A stretch of DNA of 64,000 bases from Eledone cirrhosa (lineage: Eukaryota), in NCBI GenBank assembly GCA_964016885.1, contig OZ024758.1, positions 27,590,001-27,654,000 of the forward strand, in the 5' to 3' direction. This document shows, one piece after another, positions 26,024 through 39,884 of the stretch (position 1 is the first letter of the stretch; every line of letters begins with the position of its first letter). The position numbers and the translations under genes are program-made. The notes beneath the pieces are model-generated. The model saw only the letters and a list, made by a program, of their open reading frames with translations, was not told where the DNA came from and made no database searches.

Positions 26024-26101
26024 CATTATCTTTTTTACTAAAATTTCTGTGTTTTGCAAGCTGACACATCTCCTCGGGCCAGGTGAGATCTTTGTTTCGA
26101 A
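26024..26101 (-). CDS. USP32: USP32 exon (VRNKDLTWPEEMCQLAKHRNFSKKDN)
   Basis: 78 nt, ttttcag acceptor, GTAAGA donor; VRNKDxxWPEEM motif. Confidence 0.94.
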
Positions 26102-26543
26102 CTGAAAAATAAACAAAATGATATATGACATTAGCAGAGGAATAAAAATGTATGGAAAGTAACACTGACAATATAGTCATTTTGGTAAACCATTTATTAT
26201 AACAATATTAGTTGAAGTTGTGAAGGCACATGGCTGAGTGGTTAGAGAATTGGATTCACAATCGTGAGGTTGTGAGTTCGATTCCTGGACCGGGCGATGT
26301 GTTATGTCCTTGAGCAAGACACTTTATTTCACCTTGCTCCTTCTGCCTGGATTTGCAACTGGTAAACAGTATTAGCAATTGGAAAGATCAATGGAAACAT
26401 TGCTTCCTTGGTCCGATTTGATGAGCTCCACCCTAAAGCAAATGAGGTCTGGGATCTTGACGATCGACTGTTTAGTTCAAGTTGAGTACAATTAAATCAA
26501 TGTCTTTATTAAAATGAAATGCCTTAAAAATATTTAGAATTAC

Positions 26544-26625
26544 CTTCAATAAGAATTTGTTGATTTTCTTCTACACCGGCATCTTCTAATGTCATACAAT
26601 CATCCTCCAAAAGAGTCATGTTATG
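26544..26625 (-). CDS. USP32: USP32 exon (HNMTLLEDDCMTLEDAGVEENQQILIE)
   Basis: 82 nt, tttcag acceptor, GTAATT donor. Confidence 0.9.
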
Positions 26626-26719
26626 CTGAAACAAACAAAAACACAGTTTTAAATGTGACAAAGTAAAAAGTTTATCCTAAGCTATAAATATGAGTTGAGG
26701 GTAAAAAGTCCTTTTGATA

Positions 26720-27327
26720 TCTATATATATAAAACTGAGGATGTCTGTCTGTGTGTGTGTGTGTGTGTGTGAGTTTGAGTTTGAATTCCTAAAACTAGAG
26801 AAGCACCTAACCGACTGTTTTCAAACTTTACATATGTAATACTTATATTTCAGGGAGTGTTCTGAGCAAAAGAAATTTCAAATTTTCCAGGCCCTAGGGA
26901 CCGCATTAGGCGATTTAGCGATCTCTCTCTATAATTCTTAGTCTTTCGCTTTTTAGATAGATACATACATATAACGTCGCGCCCTTATAATATCTGTCTG
27001 TATGTCTGGCTGTCTGCATTACGTCACTTCCTACAATTCGCTCTGCGTCTAGAATGCGCTCTTATAATATCTGTCTGTATGTCTGGCTGTCTGCTGCCTC
27101 CGGTAATTCAGCCACCCTTGCTCAAGACAAATCTCACACTCATTCCCCAAACAGTTGGTAAGTACACACAACTTCTTCCTCACGTTTTAAGCCACAGTGT
27201 TGCTTACTTACGTACCACCAGACCCTTACTTCTTTGCCAGCCGTCGTTGTGGCAATACTAAGCTTAGCTAAGGCGGTTATATATTTCACAATACCTTATC
27301 CCGTGCAACGCCAGGTACCACTGCTAG
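26720..27327 (+). mobile_element. Non-autonomous Helitron
   Basis: A|TC start, cccgtgcaacgccagg hairpin, CTAG|T end, no TSD. Confidence 0.85.
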
Positions 27328-27473
27328 TTTATTATATTTATGTTCATTGTCATCCTTGTTAAACTGTGGTCTCATTGGTATTTCCTAGATTAGATGAGAT
27401 GCTTTGGTGAAATTAATCAATGCTAATATTTAATTTAAAGTACTGTAAGTATGAGAAGGATATTTTTCTAAAT

Positions 27474-27819
27474 GGAGGCACATGGCTTAGTGGTTAGAGC
27501 ATTGGCCTTGCAATTGAAAGGTTGTGAGTTCAATTCTCAGACCGGGTGATGTGTTGTTTCCTTGAGCAAGACACTTTATTTCACATTGCTCCAGTTTACT
27601 CAGCTGTAGAAATGAGATGATAGGGACTGGGGTCCCTATCATTCCACTGCAAAGTGGTCGTGGAGGTGCCACGGCAAAAAGAGCACCCAGCACTCACTGT
27701 AAATGAGGTTGGGGTTAGGAAGGACATCCAGCTGTAGAAATCAAGCCAGAATCAGTTCCCGTCCCACCCTTGCAAGCAGGGAAAAGCGGATTTAAATGAA
27801 ATGATGATGATGATGATGA
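27474..27819 (+). mobile_element. SINE family A
   Basis: Matches 6676-7026. Confidence 0.88.
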
Positions 27820-28131
27820 AGGAAGTTCCCATTTTTTAATGCTTTGGTCTGTGGGCTGTGATTATGGCCTTAGCAGGGCCCCCAAGACCAAGATCAATGC
27901 TATTAATGTTCCTCTTAAACAGGGTTCCAAAGAGCTGACATTCTAAGGAGGAAAGACTGGGACATGTGGGGTGATGGTCACTATATGGTTGAAGTGTGGA
28001 GGAGAGCCTGAGTGTGCATAGATGTGATTGATACAGAAATACTCATCTCTCTCCATCACACACAAACATATTGATTATTAGTTTCCTCAAACTCTGGATT
28101 TATTTGCTAACGAAAGATCTAAATGTTTTAT

Positions 28132-28477
28132 ATCATCATCATCGTCATCATCATTTTACGTCTGCTTTTCCCTGCTTGCAAGGGTGGGACGGGAACTGAT
28201 TCTGGCTTGATTTCTACAGCTGGATGCCCTTCCTAACACCAACCTCATTTACAGTGAGTGCTGGGTGCTTTTTTGCCGTGGCACCTCCACGACCACTTTG
28301 CAGTGGAATGATATGGACCCCAGTCCCTATCATCTCATTTCTACAGCTGAGTAAACTGGAGCAATGTGAAATAAAGTGTCTTGCTCAAGGAAACAACACA
28401 TCACCCGGTCTGAGAATTGAACTCACAACATTTCGATTGCAAGGCCAATGCTCTAACCACTAAGCCATGTGCCTCCA
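28132..28477 (-). mobile_element. SINE family A
   Basis: Inverted copy of 27474-27819. Confidence 0.88.
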
Positions 28478-28587
28478 TATATATGGGAGTCTAAAAGTGA
28501 TAGAAAGGAGTGTGATAAATATGGAAGCCAATTCAGAAACTAAAACTATTACTTCCAATTCTTGGTTGAGTATTTAGCAACAGTCAT

Positions 28588-28976
28588 AATAATTGTTTCT
28601 ACGTTTGACACAAGGCCAGCAATTATCCCAGTGTATTACTGGTACTTTATTTTATCAACCCCGTAAGGATGAAAGGCAAAGTTCACGTCGGCGGGATTTG
28701 AACTCACGCCGTAAAGGGGCTTAACTCCATGCTGCAAAGCATGGCGTCCGACCTACCGATACTGTCAATCCACCAGTACCAAAATAATTGTTTCTACGTT
28801 TGACACAAGGCCAGCAATTACCCCAGTACATTACTGGTACTTTATTCTATCAACCCCGTAAGGATGAAAGGCAAAGTTCACCTCGGCGGGATTTGAACTC
28901 AGACCATAAAGGGCCGTAACTCTATGCTGCAAAGCATGACGTCTGACCCTCTACCGATACTGCCAATCCACCGCCC
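28588..28976 (-). mobile_element. SINE family B tandem dimer
   Basis: Two units of the B consensus. Confidence 0.85.
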
Positions 28977-29116
28977 AAGTTATAATAATGAGCCATTAAA
29001 ATATTTTTTCATACAAAAACCATGTCACCTTTATAAAGTTGGAACTAATAATTTAAAGTATACTTTATTAAATTGATAGTTAGATATTTACAAATGTAAT
29101 TATATATGTGTATATA

Positions 29117-29975
29117 TATAGAGATATATTTCTTTATTAGCCACAGGGGCACAAAAGAAGGGGACAAATACAAAGGGGGAAGTTTACATACAATAAAAAC
29201 GTGTAAAATGTTATCACAGATGGAATTTAAAAGTTAGTCGATTTTCCCCAATAGAGGGAGACAGTTTATATGGGTAACACATACCCCCGAAAAAAAATGT
29301 GCAACCCTCATCTCCAGGAGTACGAAGAGCTTGTACTCCTTTCCTCTCCTACTCCTTTTCCTCAACCTACAGGCTGATATAGAGAGAAGGCCCATTCACT
29401 CGGGCCATTCTCGCCACTTTCACCCACCTTTCATAAAACTTGCTGGGGTACAGCACCTCTCTCTCCATCCTGATTCTTCTTCCAAAGTGGTATTTGAAAA
29501 AAAGAATCAGTTGTTGGCCGGAGAGAAAGGTGTCTGACCTCAGCCCTTTCAACCTTGTCCACCATACAACCTCTTTCGCCATAGCTATCACACAAAGGAA
29601 AACCGCCTCTCCTTCGTTTTTGAAGGAGGGTGGCGGTTTGATCATGACAATGGACTCGGTGGTCAACTGGATTGGTCCCACCCGCGACAATAGTCGTTCT
29701 ACATAGCCCCACAGGTCAGTGACACCTGGGCAGTGTATGAATGCGTGCGCGGCGGTTTCTTCGTCTCGCACGCACCTCGGACAGATCTTTTTTGCAGGGT
29801 CCCTGCCCGGGCGCCCATGTCTGTAGAGCTTGTCTCGAACTGGTAGAGCTCCTCGGTAGCACTGCCAGGCCAGGGACTTTTGATAGAGATAGATATATTT
29901 CTTTATTAGCCACAGGGGCACAAAAGAAGGGGACAAATACAAAGGGGGAAGTTTACATACAATAAAAACGTGTAA
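29117..29975 (-). mobile_element. Tx1/L1-like LINE 3' fragment plus a second 3'-end stub
   Basis: AWQCYRGALPVRDKL...CPRCVRDEETAAHAFIHCP (zf-RVT-type CCHC); AATAAA end; last 85-90 bp repeated at 29889-29975. Confidence 0.8.
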
Positions 29976-30288
29976 TAGATAGATAGATATGTATATATAT
30001 AGAGAGATAGATAGATAGATAGATATGTATAGATTTATATATGTTTATATATATATATAGAGATAGAGAGATAGATAGATATGTATAGAGATAGATAGAT
30101 AGATAGATAGATAGATATGTATATATAGAGAGAGATAGATAGATAGATAGATAGATATGTATAGATTTATATATGTTTATATATCCACATACATACATAC
30201 ATATATACATTGTATGTATATATATACATACATACATATATATAATGTATATATATATATACATACACATACATATATATATTGTATG

Positions 30289-30319
<31 letters not shown>

Positions 30320-30376
30320 ATTGTATGTATATATATATTTATATATATATATATACATATATATATTGTATGTATA

Positions 30377-30409
<33 letters not shown>

Positions 30410-30489
30410 TGTATGTATATATATATATATACATACATATATATATTGTATGTATATATATATATACATATATATATATATTGTATGTA

Positions 30490-30520
<31 letters not shown>

Positions 30521-30590
30521 TGTATGTATATATATATATACACATACATATATATATTGTATGTATGTATATATATATATATATACATAC
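29976..30590. repeat. (GATA)n/(TA)n compound microsatellite
   Basis: Direct reading. Confidence 0.95.
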
Positions 30591-30640
30591 ATATGTAAAA
30601 GAAATTAAAAAATGTCTACATACTCAAACAATTTTTATTT

Positions 30641-30685
30641 GCTGACAATGTTTCATCCATACCATTGGGCAGGAATCATCAGAAC
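30641..30685 (-). ncRNA. Minimal hammerhead ribozyme motif (inverted copy, sense to USP32 pre-mRNA)
   Basis: Exact reverse complement of 31329-31373. Confidence 0.68.
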
Positions 30686-31328
30686 TTTATAAACAAAAAT
30701 ACAGTGCTGAGTATAAGCTCTACCGAGCTTTGTCACTTGAACATTAGAAATACAATAGAGGGCAAGAAGAGGGAGATCGGGAATGGCAAGTATGGAGAGA
30801 GTGCAACATATAATAATAAAGTTACAACATATAATAATAAAGTCAAAGGAAAATAATAATATAAAGAGATAAAAAAAATTTTAAAAATTAAAAAAGAAAA
30901 AAGAAAAAGTTTTAAAGGACACAAAAAACAGAGGAAGCTATGCATTGGTCACTATATATAACAGGTGATTTAGCTCTCCATATAGTGACCAACGCAAAGC
31001 TTCCTCTGTTTTTTGTGTGCTTTAAAACTTTTTCTTTTTTCTTTTTTAATATTTTTAATTTTATTATTTTCCATTTACTTTATTATTATATGTTGTAACT
31101 ATCGTTTATACTTTATGCCTTTATGTGCCGTCACGTGCTTCTGCATCTTGTGAAAATATCTGCCTGTACCATTGCATTTAGTTGTAGTGCTGAATAACAA
31201 CCCCACTATGCACTCTCTCCATACTCGCTATTCCCGATCTCCCTCTTGTTGCCCTCTATTGTATTTTTAATGTTCATGTGACAAAGCTTGGTAGAATTTA
31301 TCCTCAGCACTGTATTTTTGTTTATAAA

Positions 31329-31373
31329 GTTCTGATGATTCCTGCCCAATGGTATGGATGAAACATTGTCAGC
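31329..31373 (+). ncRNA. Minimal hammerhead ribozyme motif
   Basis: gtt CTGATGA t-tcctgcc-caat-ggtatgga-t GAAA c att g TC agc: full core, stem II, tiny stem III, 3-bp stem I. Confidence 0.7.
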
Positions 31374-31519
31374 AAATAAAAATTGTATCATTACATAGGC
31401 GTTCTTTGATTTCTTTTACATATAACGGCTCTGTTCTCGTACATTGAGCTTATACAATACTGTCACAAATACGACACGGTACAGGTGCGTCTATGTGTAT
31501 ATGCTCCGTGGTCTACGTA

Positions 31520-33528
<2,009 letters not shown>

Positions 33529-34183
33529 ATTTATATTAACCTATATTACACGGCTCAGAAATACTCTTTCTTCGAGCTATTTCATTGTAAATGATCGCCT
33601 GAGATTTGAACTCATTATTATTGATTTATCACTGCTCCTTCGTTGAGCTGAATTTAGCCCCATACAAACGGCTGTTATTTCTAGCAGCACGAGTATGTGG
33701 CTAGCTAGACACTGGATAACCGCATGAGGTTACCTCGTGCGCTAAACAGTCTTCCTAAATATTTTGAAGTGAAACATACCAATTTTTATAGTGCTTGCTG
33801 AGGAGATCAAAATGCGGTATTTCTTCCACTTTTTCCTTATTCGAAACATATTTGGATTTTAAGGTTTAAACCTGTCTACGGAACAGGTTTGATTTTGAAA
33901 TTTAAATTTGTCCAAGCACTACGGCCATTGCCAATACAATTTGTTTTTGTTGATTTATGATGTATTATCTTAAGTCATGATAGGCAAACTGTAATATTAT
34001 TATTAGTATATTTCTATCTAGCTAACTTGGTCATTTACAATACAAACATAAATATGAGGATATTTGTGTTTATCAAATATATTGATTTATATTAACCTAT
34101 ATTACACGGCTCAGAAATACTCTTTCTTCGAGCTATTTCATTGTAAATGATCGCCTGAGATTTGAACTCATTATTATTGATTT
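33529..34183. repeat. Unclassified 655-bp segment bounded by 99-bp identical direct repeats
   Basis: 33529-33627 equals 34085-34183. Confidence 0.85.
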
Positions 34184-34355
34184 TATACCTATGTATGTAT
34201 GTATGTATGTATCAAATCAGGAAAGTGATCTTTAAGGAAATGGTTTTTCATAAGAATTTTAACAATAGAAATGAAGAGATAGAAGTTGTTTCAACAGAAT
34301 TGTTGAAATAAAAAGAAAAAGAAAATCTATTTTTTAACTTTCAAACACAATATAC

Positions 34356-34510
34356 CTCATCTTTAAACTTCCAAAGTCGAATATCTTCTTTATTAAACCG
34401 TAGTCTTCCACATAGAAATTCATAAATTTGTTGTGATGTATGATGTCGGCTAAAAGCTGCAGTGTAAGCTAAATATCGGCGAGGTGTATTTGCTGAGAAG
34501 TTGGCAATGT
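34356..34510 (-). CDS. USP32: USP32 exon, UBL-like region (IANFSANTPRRYLAYTAAFSR...EDIRLWKFKDE)
   Basis: 155 nt, ttgtag acceptor, GTATAT donor; LAYT..FSR and ED.RLW motifs. Confidence 0.93.
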
Positions 34511-34989
34511 CTACAAAGAAATAGTAAATATTTTTTATTTAAAAACACAACGAACCCACAATATTATGATCGTAAGTCCAAAACCCTTACCACAAGGGCA
34601 CAAAAAACTTTGAAAAGCGGAATAGAAATTGGTTGGTTCAGCGTGATTGATCTCTATTACAAGGTAAAGTAGTAAATAAACTTTCATCAGTTTCGATGAT
34701 GACTTCCAGTTGTTCACTCAATAGAATGGCCTACTTGTTCAATTTATGTGTGAGTGGCTGACGTTTCCACAGACACGTGTACCCGTAACATAATTTTCAG
34801 GGAGATTCAGCAGGATACTATGTGTGACAAATCTGGCTTAGGTTCACCTGAGACTGTCTCAAGCCTGGAAGGCTCATCAGTTCAGCGCTTGTCTCAGTTT
34901 CTGTGGTCTTAAGTGACTCAGGGTACAACACTCCTCCCCTGAACAGAACACCAGTCCATCGCAGGTACCCAAAGGGTTAAATGATATTA

Positions 34990-35445
34990 AATAATTGTTT
35001 CTACTTTAGGCACAAGGCCAGCAATTACCCAGTGTATTACTGGTACTTTATTTTATCGACCCCGTAAGGATGAAAGGCAAAGTTAACCTCGGCGGGATTT
35101 GATATTTCATATTAAATATTTCATATTTCATATTAAATAATTGTTTCTACTTTTGGCACAAGGCCAGCAATTAACCAGTGTATTACTGGTACTTTATTTT
35201 ATCGACCCCGTAAGGATGAAAGGCAAAGTTAACCTCGGCGGGATTTGATATTTCATATTAAATATTTCATATTTCATATTAAATAATTGTTTCTACTTTT
35301 GGCACAAGGTCAGCAATTAACCAGTGTATTACTGGTACTTTATTTTATCGACCCCGTAAGGATGAAAGGCAAAGTTAACCTCGGCGGGAGGTAACTCTAT
35401 GCTTCAAAGCATGGCGCCCGACCCTCTACTGATACTGCCAATCCA
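34990..35445 (-). mobile_element. SINE family B, triplicated 3' part
   Basis: Three tandem units of about 146 bp. Confidence 0.85.
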
Positions 35446-35938
35446 TTTTTTTTCGTCCTTCTATTTGTGCTGTTTGTTTTAACACACACACATATCATAC
35501 CAGCAGAAAGATTTATTGTTCTGTTGCATGATCCAGCATTTTAAAATGGTACTCTTAAATCGTGCGAAACCATTTGCTGGTTTGAGAGCTGATGAGAGTG
35601 TAGGTGTGTGTGTATAAACTTGTCTTGTACATTGCCTTTCTTTATTTCCTTCTTCCAGTCATTTCTGTGTGTCAGTGCACTTCTTGTCCTCCTCTTCTTT
35701 CAATCTTTTCTATATTCCATCTGCCTGTCACCCACCTTGTGGATTGTCTCTTTGTTGACCACTGGTTGCTGGTTTTCTGTCCTCTGAGGCATTTATGCCA
35801 GCATTTAGCTGTTTTAACAGTTGTGCTAGCGATGAGGTTTTTCATCTTTATATGTATGCAAATACACCCTCGCTTCGTCTCAATCAGAGACAACATTGTT
35901 TTAATTGAGAAAAATAGTTGCAAATAAAAATAACTTAC

Positions 35939-36092
35939 TAAATGTCATGCCACTAATTCCAGCCATCATTCCAGTGAAAGTTGAAGTTGTCTGGATAGGT
36001 TTTTGAGGTACATTTTGATGTCGAAGAAGGCGGACGGTTATTGGATATAACTCCAATTCTGAATAAGCATTACCTTTTGTTGAAGAAATTAC
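35939..36092 (-). CDS. USP32: USP32 exon (VISSTKGNAYSELELYPITVRLLRHQ...GMTF)
   Basis: 154 nt, tatag acceptor, GTAAGT donor; ELELYP motif. Confidence 0.9.
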
Positions 36093-37125
36093 CTATATAA
36101 AGAAATGTACAAAGTTTATTAAACAACGTTAGAATATACAAATTAAACAAAGCACACTGTACAACATAGCTTTCCTACCCTTTCATACGGGTGACGTGAC
36201 TTTTAAAAATATGTTTTGTGTCATATGAAGTTTTGTTAGTGACACAAAATTAAAAATTTAACCCTTTACTCTATATTACTATATACTACTCTATATATTC
36301 TTCATTAATTAATTAAGATAGAGTGTATTCCATTAGAAATACGGTAACGACAAGGTTAATATCATGACACACGAGAGATTATCGATGACACTAAATTGTC
36401 ATAATATACTGTTTGGAAACCTCTGCAAAAATGTGTCAATCAGGATAGCCTTTACAGGTAATAAAAAGACAGGGGTTTAAAAATTCTTACTTCTTTTTTC
36501 TATCCTTTTCCTGCATGTAAAAATCCAGATGAATTTTATCTGGTAGAGGAAGGACTTTTTGATAAAGAACAAGGGAAGTGTAGTAGCTAAATATATGAAA
36601 TGCAGAATTACTTGTCTATAAACTGTAAACCTTGCCACAAATTAATACACACACATATCTATTTATTCAGATGTTTCCAACAAGTGATTCTCAGTAGACA
36701 TTGTCCATAGCAGAGACAACTTCTCCAAGTTGTAAGATTGGTAATCTATATATAAACTGATATAATAAGAGGTTAACAGTAGTCTGTTAACCTCATATGG
36801 TTTGCCTGCTAGTACCGGTTGCCTCCCATCGTACTCAAGAGGTAAGGTTATGTATAAATTCCAGAGTATACATAAAGTTATTTGCCTCGATACAACACAC
36901 GTAAATGGGTACCATAAATTTATAAATTTATGTACGCATATGCACATACAAACACACACACACATATCCACATAAGCATCAGCGTGTTGAAAAAGATCCT
37001 AGTATAAGAAAATTTAACTCTTTAGAATATAACTTATTTTTCCATATGTAAAATATTTTTGGTAGTAAAAACAATAAGGACATAGTTAACTAATTCACTA
37101 GTTTATAATGAAGAAATATATTTAC

Positions 37126-37266
37126 AGTGCGTGGAAGGGCTGGATTGCCTCCATACCAACTAGAAAGAGCTCTCCAAACTGGTTCAGGAACTATTTCAAA
37201 GTCACGTGATCTTATTAACGGTACATCTTTCTTTAGACGACCACCTTCAATTGTCAAAGTCATCAC
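37126..37266 (-). CDS. USP32: USP32 exon, DUSP end (VMTLTIEGGRLKKD...VPEPVWRALSSWYGGNPALPRT)
   Basis: 141 nt, attcag acceptor, GTAAAT donor. Confidence 0.95.
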
Positions 37267-37339
37267 CTGAATAAATAAACAACAAAGGATAGAAAAAAAA
37301 GTAAACAAATATTAGTGGACAAAAATAATTCTCTAAAGA

Positions 37340-38000
37340 GATGTATGGAGAATTATGGGGCTCTATGGATGAACTGCTGATGAATAATGGCACAGCATTT
37401 CATTCAGAGGTGCTGAAGAAAATGCTTAATAAGTGGAACATGGGATTGTGAAGAGACACCATTGTAGGATCAAGACCACAGCAGAGAGAGGACATCTCAT
37501 CAATTTAGGCAGTGTTTTTGGTATAATATATCAACCTGGTCAGGACAGGCCCAGGTGTTAGTGCCATATAGGGTGACATTCGTGTATGGTGACATTCGTG
37601 TATGGTGACATTCGTGTATGGTGACATTCGTGTATGGTATCATTCGTGTATGGTGACATTCGTGTATGGTATCACAGCGATCTGTGGAAGGGGGGGTCTA
37701 CACTCATACAAGTTGGGGACAAAGTCTGAGTCAAGCCTCCAAATATGTACTGCACATCTCAATGGGGGAAGAGAACAGTAACAGCTGTGAATTCCTGAAA
37801 CAACATGTCCATGGATGGAATGCTGTACCATGTCTTGGATATCCATAAGATTAATTTGTCAGATGACAACAAAGAAGGAGAGGAAGGCGAGCAGCGCTCC
37901 AGCCCTGTGGAGGTTACAGTGGGAGCGACGCCTGTCCATGCGGATGGCAGACTTTGATATGGAGTAAGGTGATGGAGTGATCTTTGAGATTGGAGGGGGG
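37340..38000 (+). mobile_element. Degenerate Gypsy-type integrase relic with internal 16-bp tandem repeat (37572-37670)
   Basis: ELLMNNGTAFHSEVLKKMLNKWN and GIVKRHHCRIKTTAER resemble the integrase core (xDNGxxF, GxVERxHRTIK). Confidence 0.65.
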
Positions 38001-38468
38001 GGGGGGGGGGGCTGTGCGGCCTTGCCAGAAGTATACAGCGTGGTGAGGTCACAAAAGCAGAAGGTCAACAGGTGTGTGTCTCTTTCCCTTAGGCTGGCAT
38101 GTTGATCAGGCATAATTGCCGTTTGATCTCAGATATATGTCCTAGGTTTCTGACCAGAAGATAGGTGGGTAAGGCTCTGGTGGATATATACCTTCCGGAC
38201 AAGACATGATAGAAGAAGACCTAGGAGCTAGGTGAAGCTATGCTTATTCCTTTCAACACAGCGGTTTTTTTTTACAAATGAAAGTGTTTCTAATGAAAGT
38301 GTTTCATTCAAATATGAGCAGCTATTTTCCAGTCAAGGATATTCAATGAATGTGCAAGGTTTTAAATTAATGACCAGTAGTTTAAGATCTTAATCAAGTC
38401 TTTTAACTTGATCTAATGTTCTTAAATATAATGATAAAAGATAACAAAATGTAAGAGTCTTTTTTTAC

Positions 38469-38873
38469 CTTTGATGTATTTATCTGTACAAGAGGACTAT
38501 TGTCAATAGCTCCAGGTTTCTGGGGAGCAGGGTATACCTGAGTTTTCTTTCGCATCTTTGGTGATGCACTGGGACTACGATTTACTGTGTTGCTGCACAT
38601 GTCAAGTGGATTAAGAGTCTCTTGTCGTGCATTACCACACAAACTAACAGCTGACCGAGAACAGTGATCATCCAGAAGACTAGATGTTGTTGATTGCATA
38701 GTGTAGTTATTTTCAACTCTTGTTAGATTCACCATTACAACTGAATCATCTTCCATGGCAATTAAAGAGTTCTTATTATTTTTAGCAATTCTCTGTCGGC
38801 CCAAATAATCTATACTTGACCATTTGATATCATTTGATATGGGAAAATCAACATCATTGCATAAGGCTGGAAC
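38469..38873 (-). CDS. USP32: USP32 exon, DUSP insert (VPALCND...PQKPGAIDNSPLVQINTSK)
   Basis: 405 nt open frame, aatag acceptor, GTAAAA donor; ends in conserved PQKPGAIDN. Confidence 0.9.
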
Positions 38874-39215
38874 CTATTGAATAGCACAAAGGTAATTAAA
38901 TCAGTAAAATGCAGCTATTTAGAAATTCTACAAATTCTTATGGCTCTAAGAGCAGTGTTAAAATATTTTAAGTCTTGTATTAAAATAATGCAAAATTTAA
39001 AATTTAACATTTTTGAAAAATGAATAATTAATGAAATATAAATGAAATTAATTAGCATAAAACGAAATTAATATTATTAATAAATGTAATCTGAGGTTTT
39101 CAAATATTAATAATAACATTCGATTCGTTTGCAATTATGCAAACAAGCCTCAATTTTATAGCCATGTCAGTAGAATGAACACTTCATTCTTGCTCTTATG
39201 TTGGCATGCGAACAG

Positions 39216-39262
39216 AACTGCAGACACTAATGTTTCTGGGTATCACCCTTCATCAGTACACT
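39216..39262 (-). ncRNA. Minimal hammerhead ribozyme motif (Penelope-type), sense to USP32
   Basis: Minus strand: tgta CTGATGA a-ggg-tgata-ccc-a GAAA ca-ttag-tg TC tgca; stems I, II and III can all pair. Confidence 0.65.
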
Positions 39263-39778
39263 TCACATATTATTAATATTATCAATGAAAACATAAAATG
39301 GAAATCTATTGTAAGTTAGTGAAATAAGTGTGTGATGTGATAATCCCGTAACTCCTGTCGGAGTCGTAGGGGTGCCGTATACAGCATTTCTCGAGCATTT
39401 TAAAACTGGTGGAGCCCATCTCTCTCCACGTCTGAACACAGCAAATTTCTACCAGAGACGGATTGAGAGTGAGAGAGAAAGAAAGTGAGAAAGAGATACA
39501 GAGGAAGAATCGACCCCAGTACTAGACTGGTACTTTTTTTTTCAACCTTCAAAGGATGGAAGGCAAAGTTGACCTCGGTGAGATTAGAACTCAGAGAGCA
39601 GAGATCCAGAATGAACATCACAAACTATTCTATCCGGCGTTCTAGTGACTCTGCCAATTCACCGCTTTAGTGAAATAAGTATGATGCAGTAAATACATTA
39701 ATTAGCAGATGTTCTCATTAAAAGAAAAATAAGATTAATTTATATTTATTTCAAAATTCAATAAACTTGTATACTTAC

Positions 39779-39884
39779 TTCTGATGTAACATACTCATTC
39801 CATGAATTCCACCATGCCATACTAATAAGAAACCATGTTTGACCAACTTTTAAGGCTTTTCTTGATTCTCTCTCTAACCAACCC
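39779..39884 (-). CDS. USP32: USP32 exon, DUSP start (GWLERESRKALKVGQTWFLISMAWWNSWNEYVTSE)
   Basis: 106 nt, attag acceptor, GTAAGT donor; DUSP WFxISxxWW motif. Confidence 0.95.

Larger units (their letters stand above)
30591..31518. mobile_element. Penelope-like fold-back element (inverted arms 30591-30957 and 30980-31423, then a tail)
   Basis: Long inverted repeat with a hammerhead core and AATAAA in each arm; sits in TA microsatellite. Confidence 0.7.

Noticed and set aside
35565-35605. Permuted hammerhead (GAAAC...GTT...CTGATGA)
   Set aside because: Stems I and II cannot form
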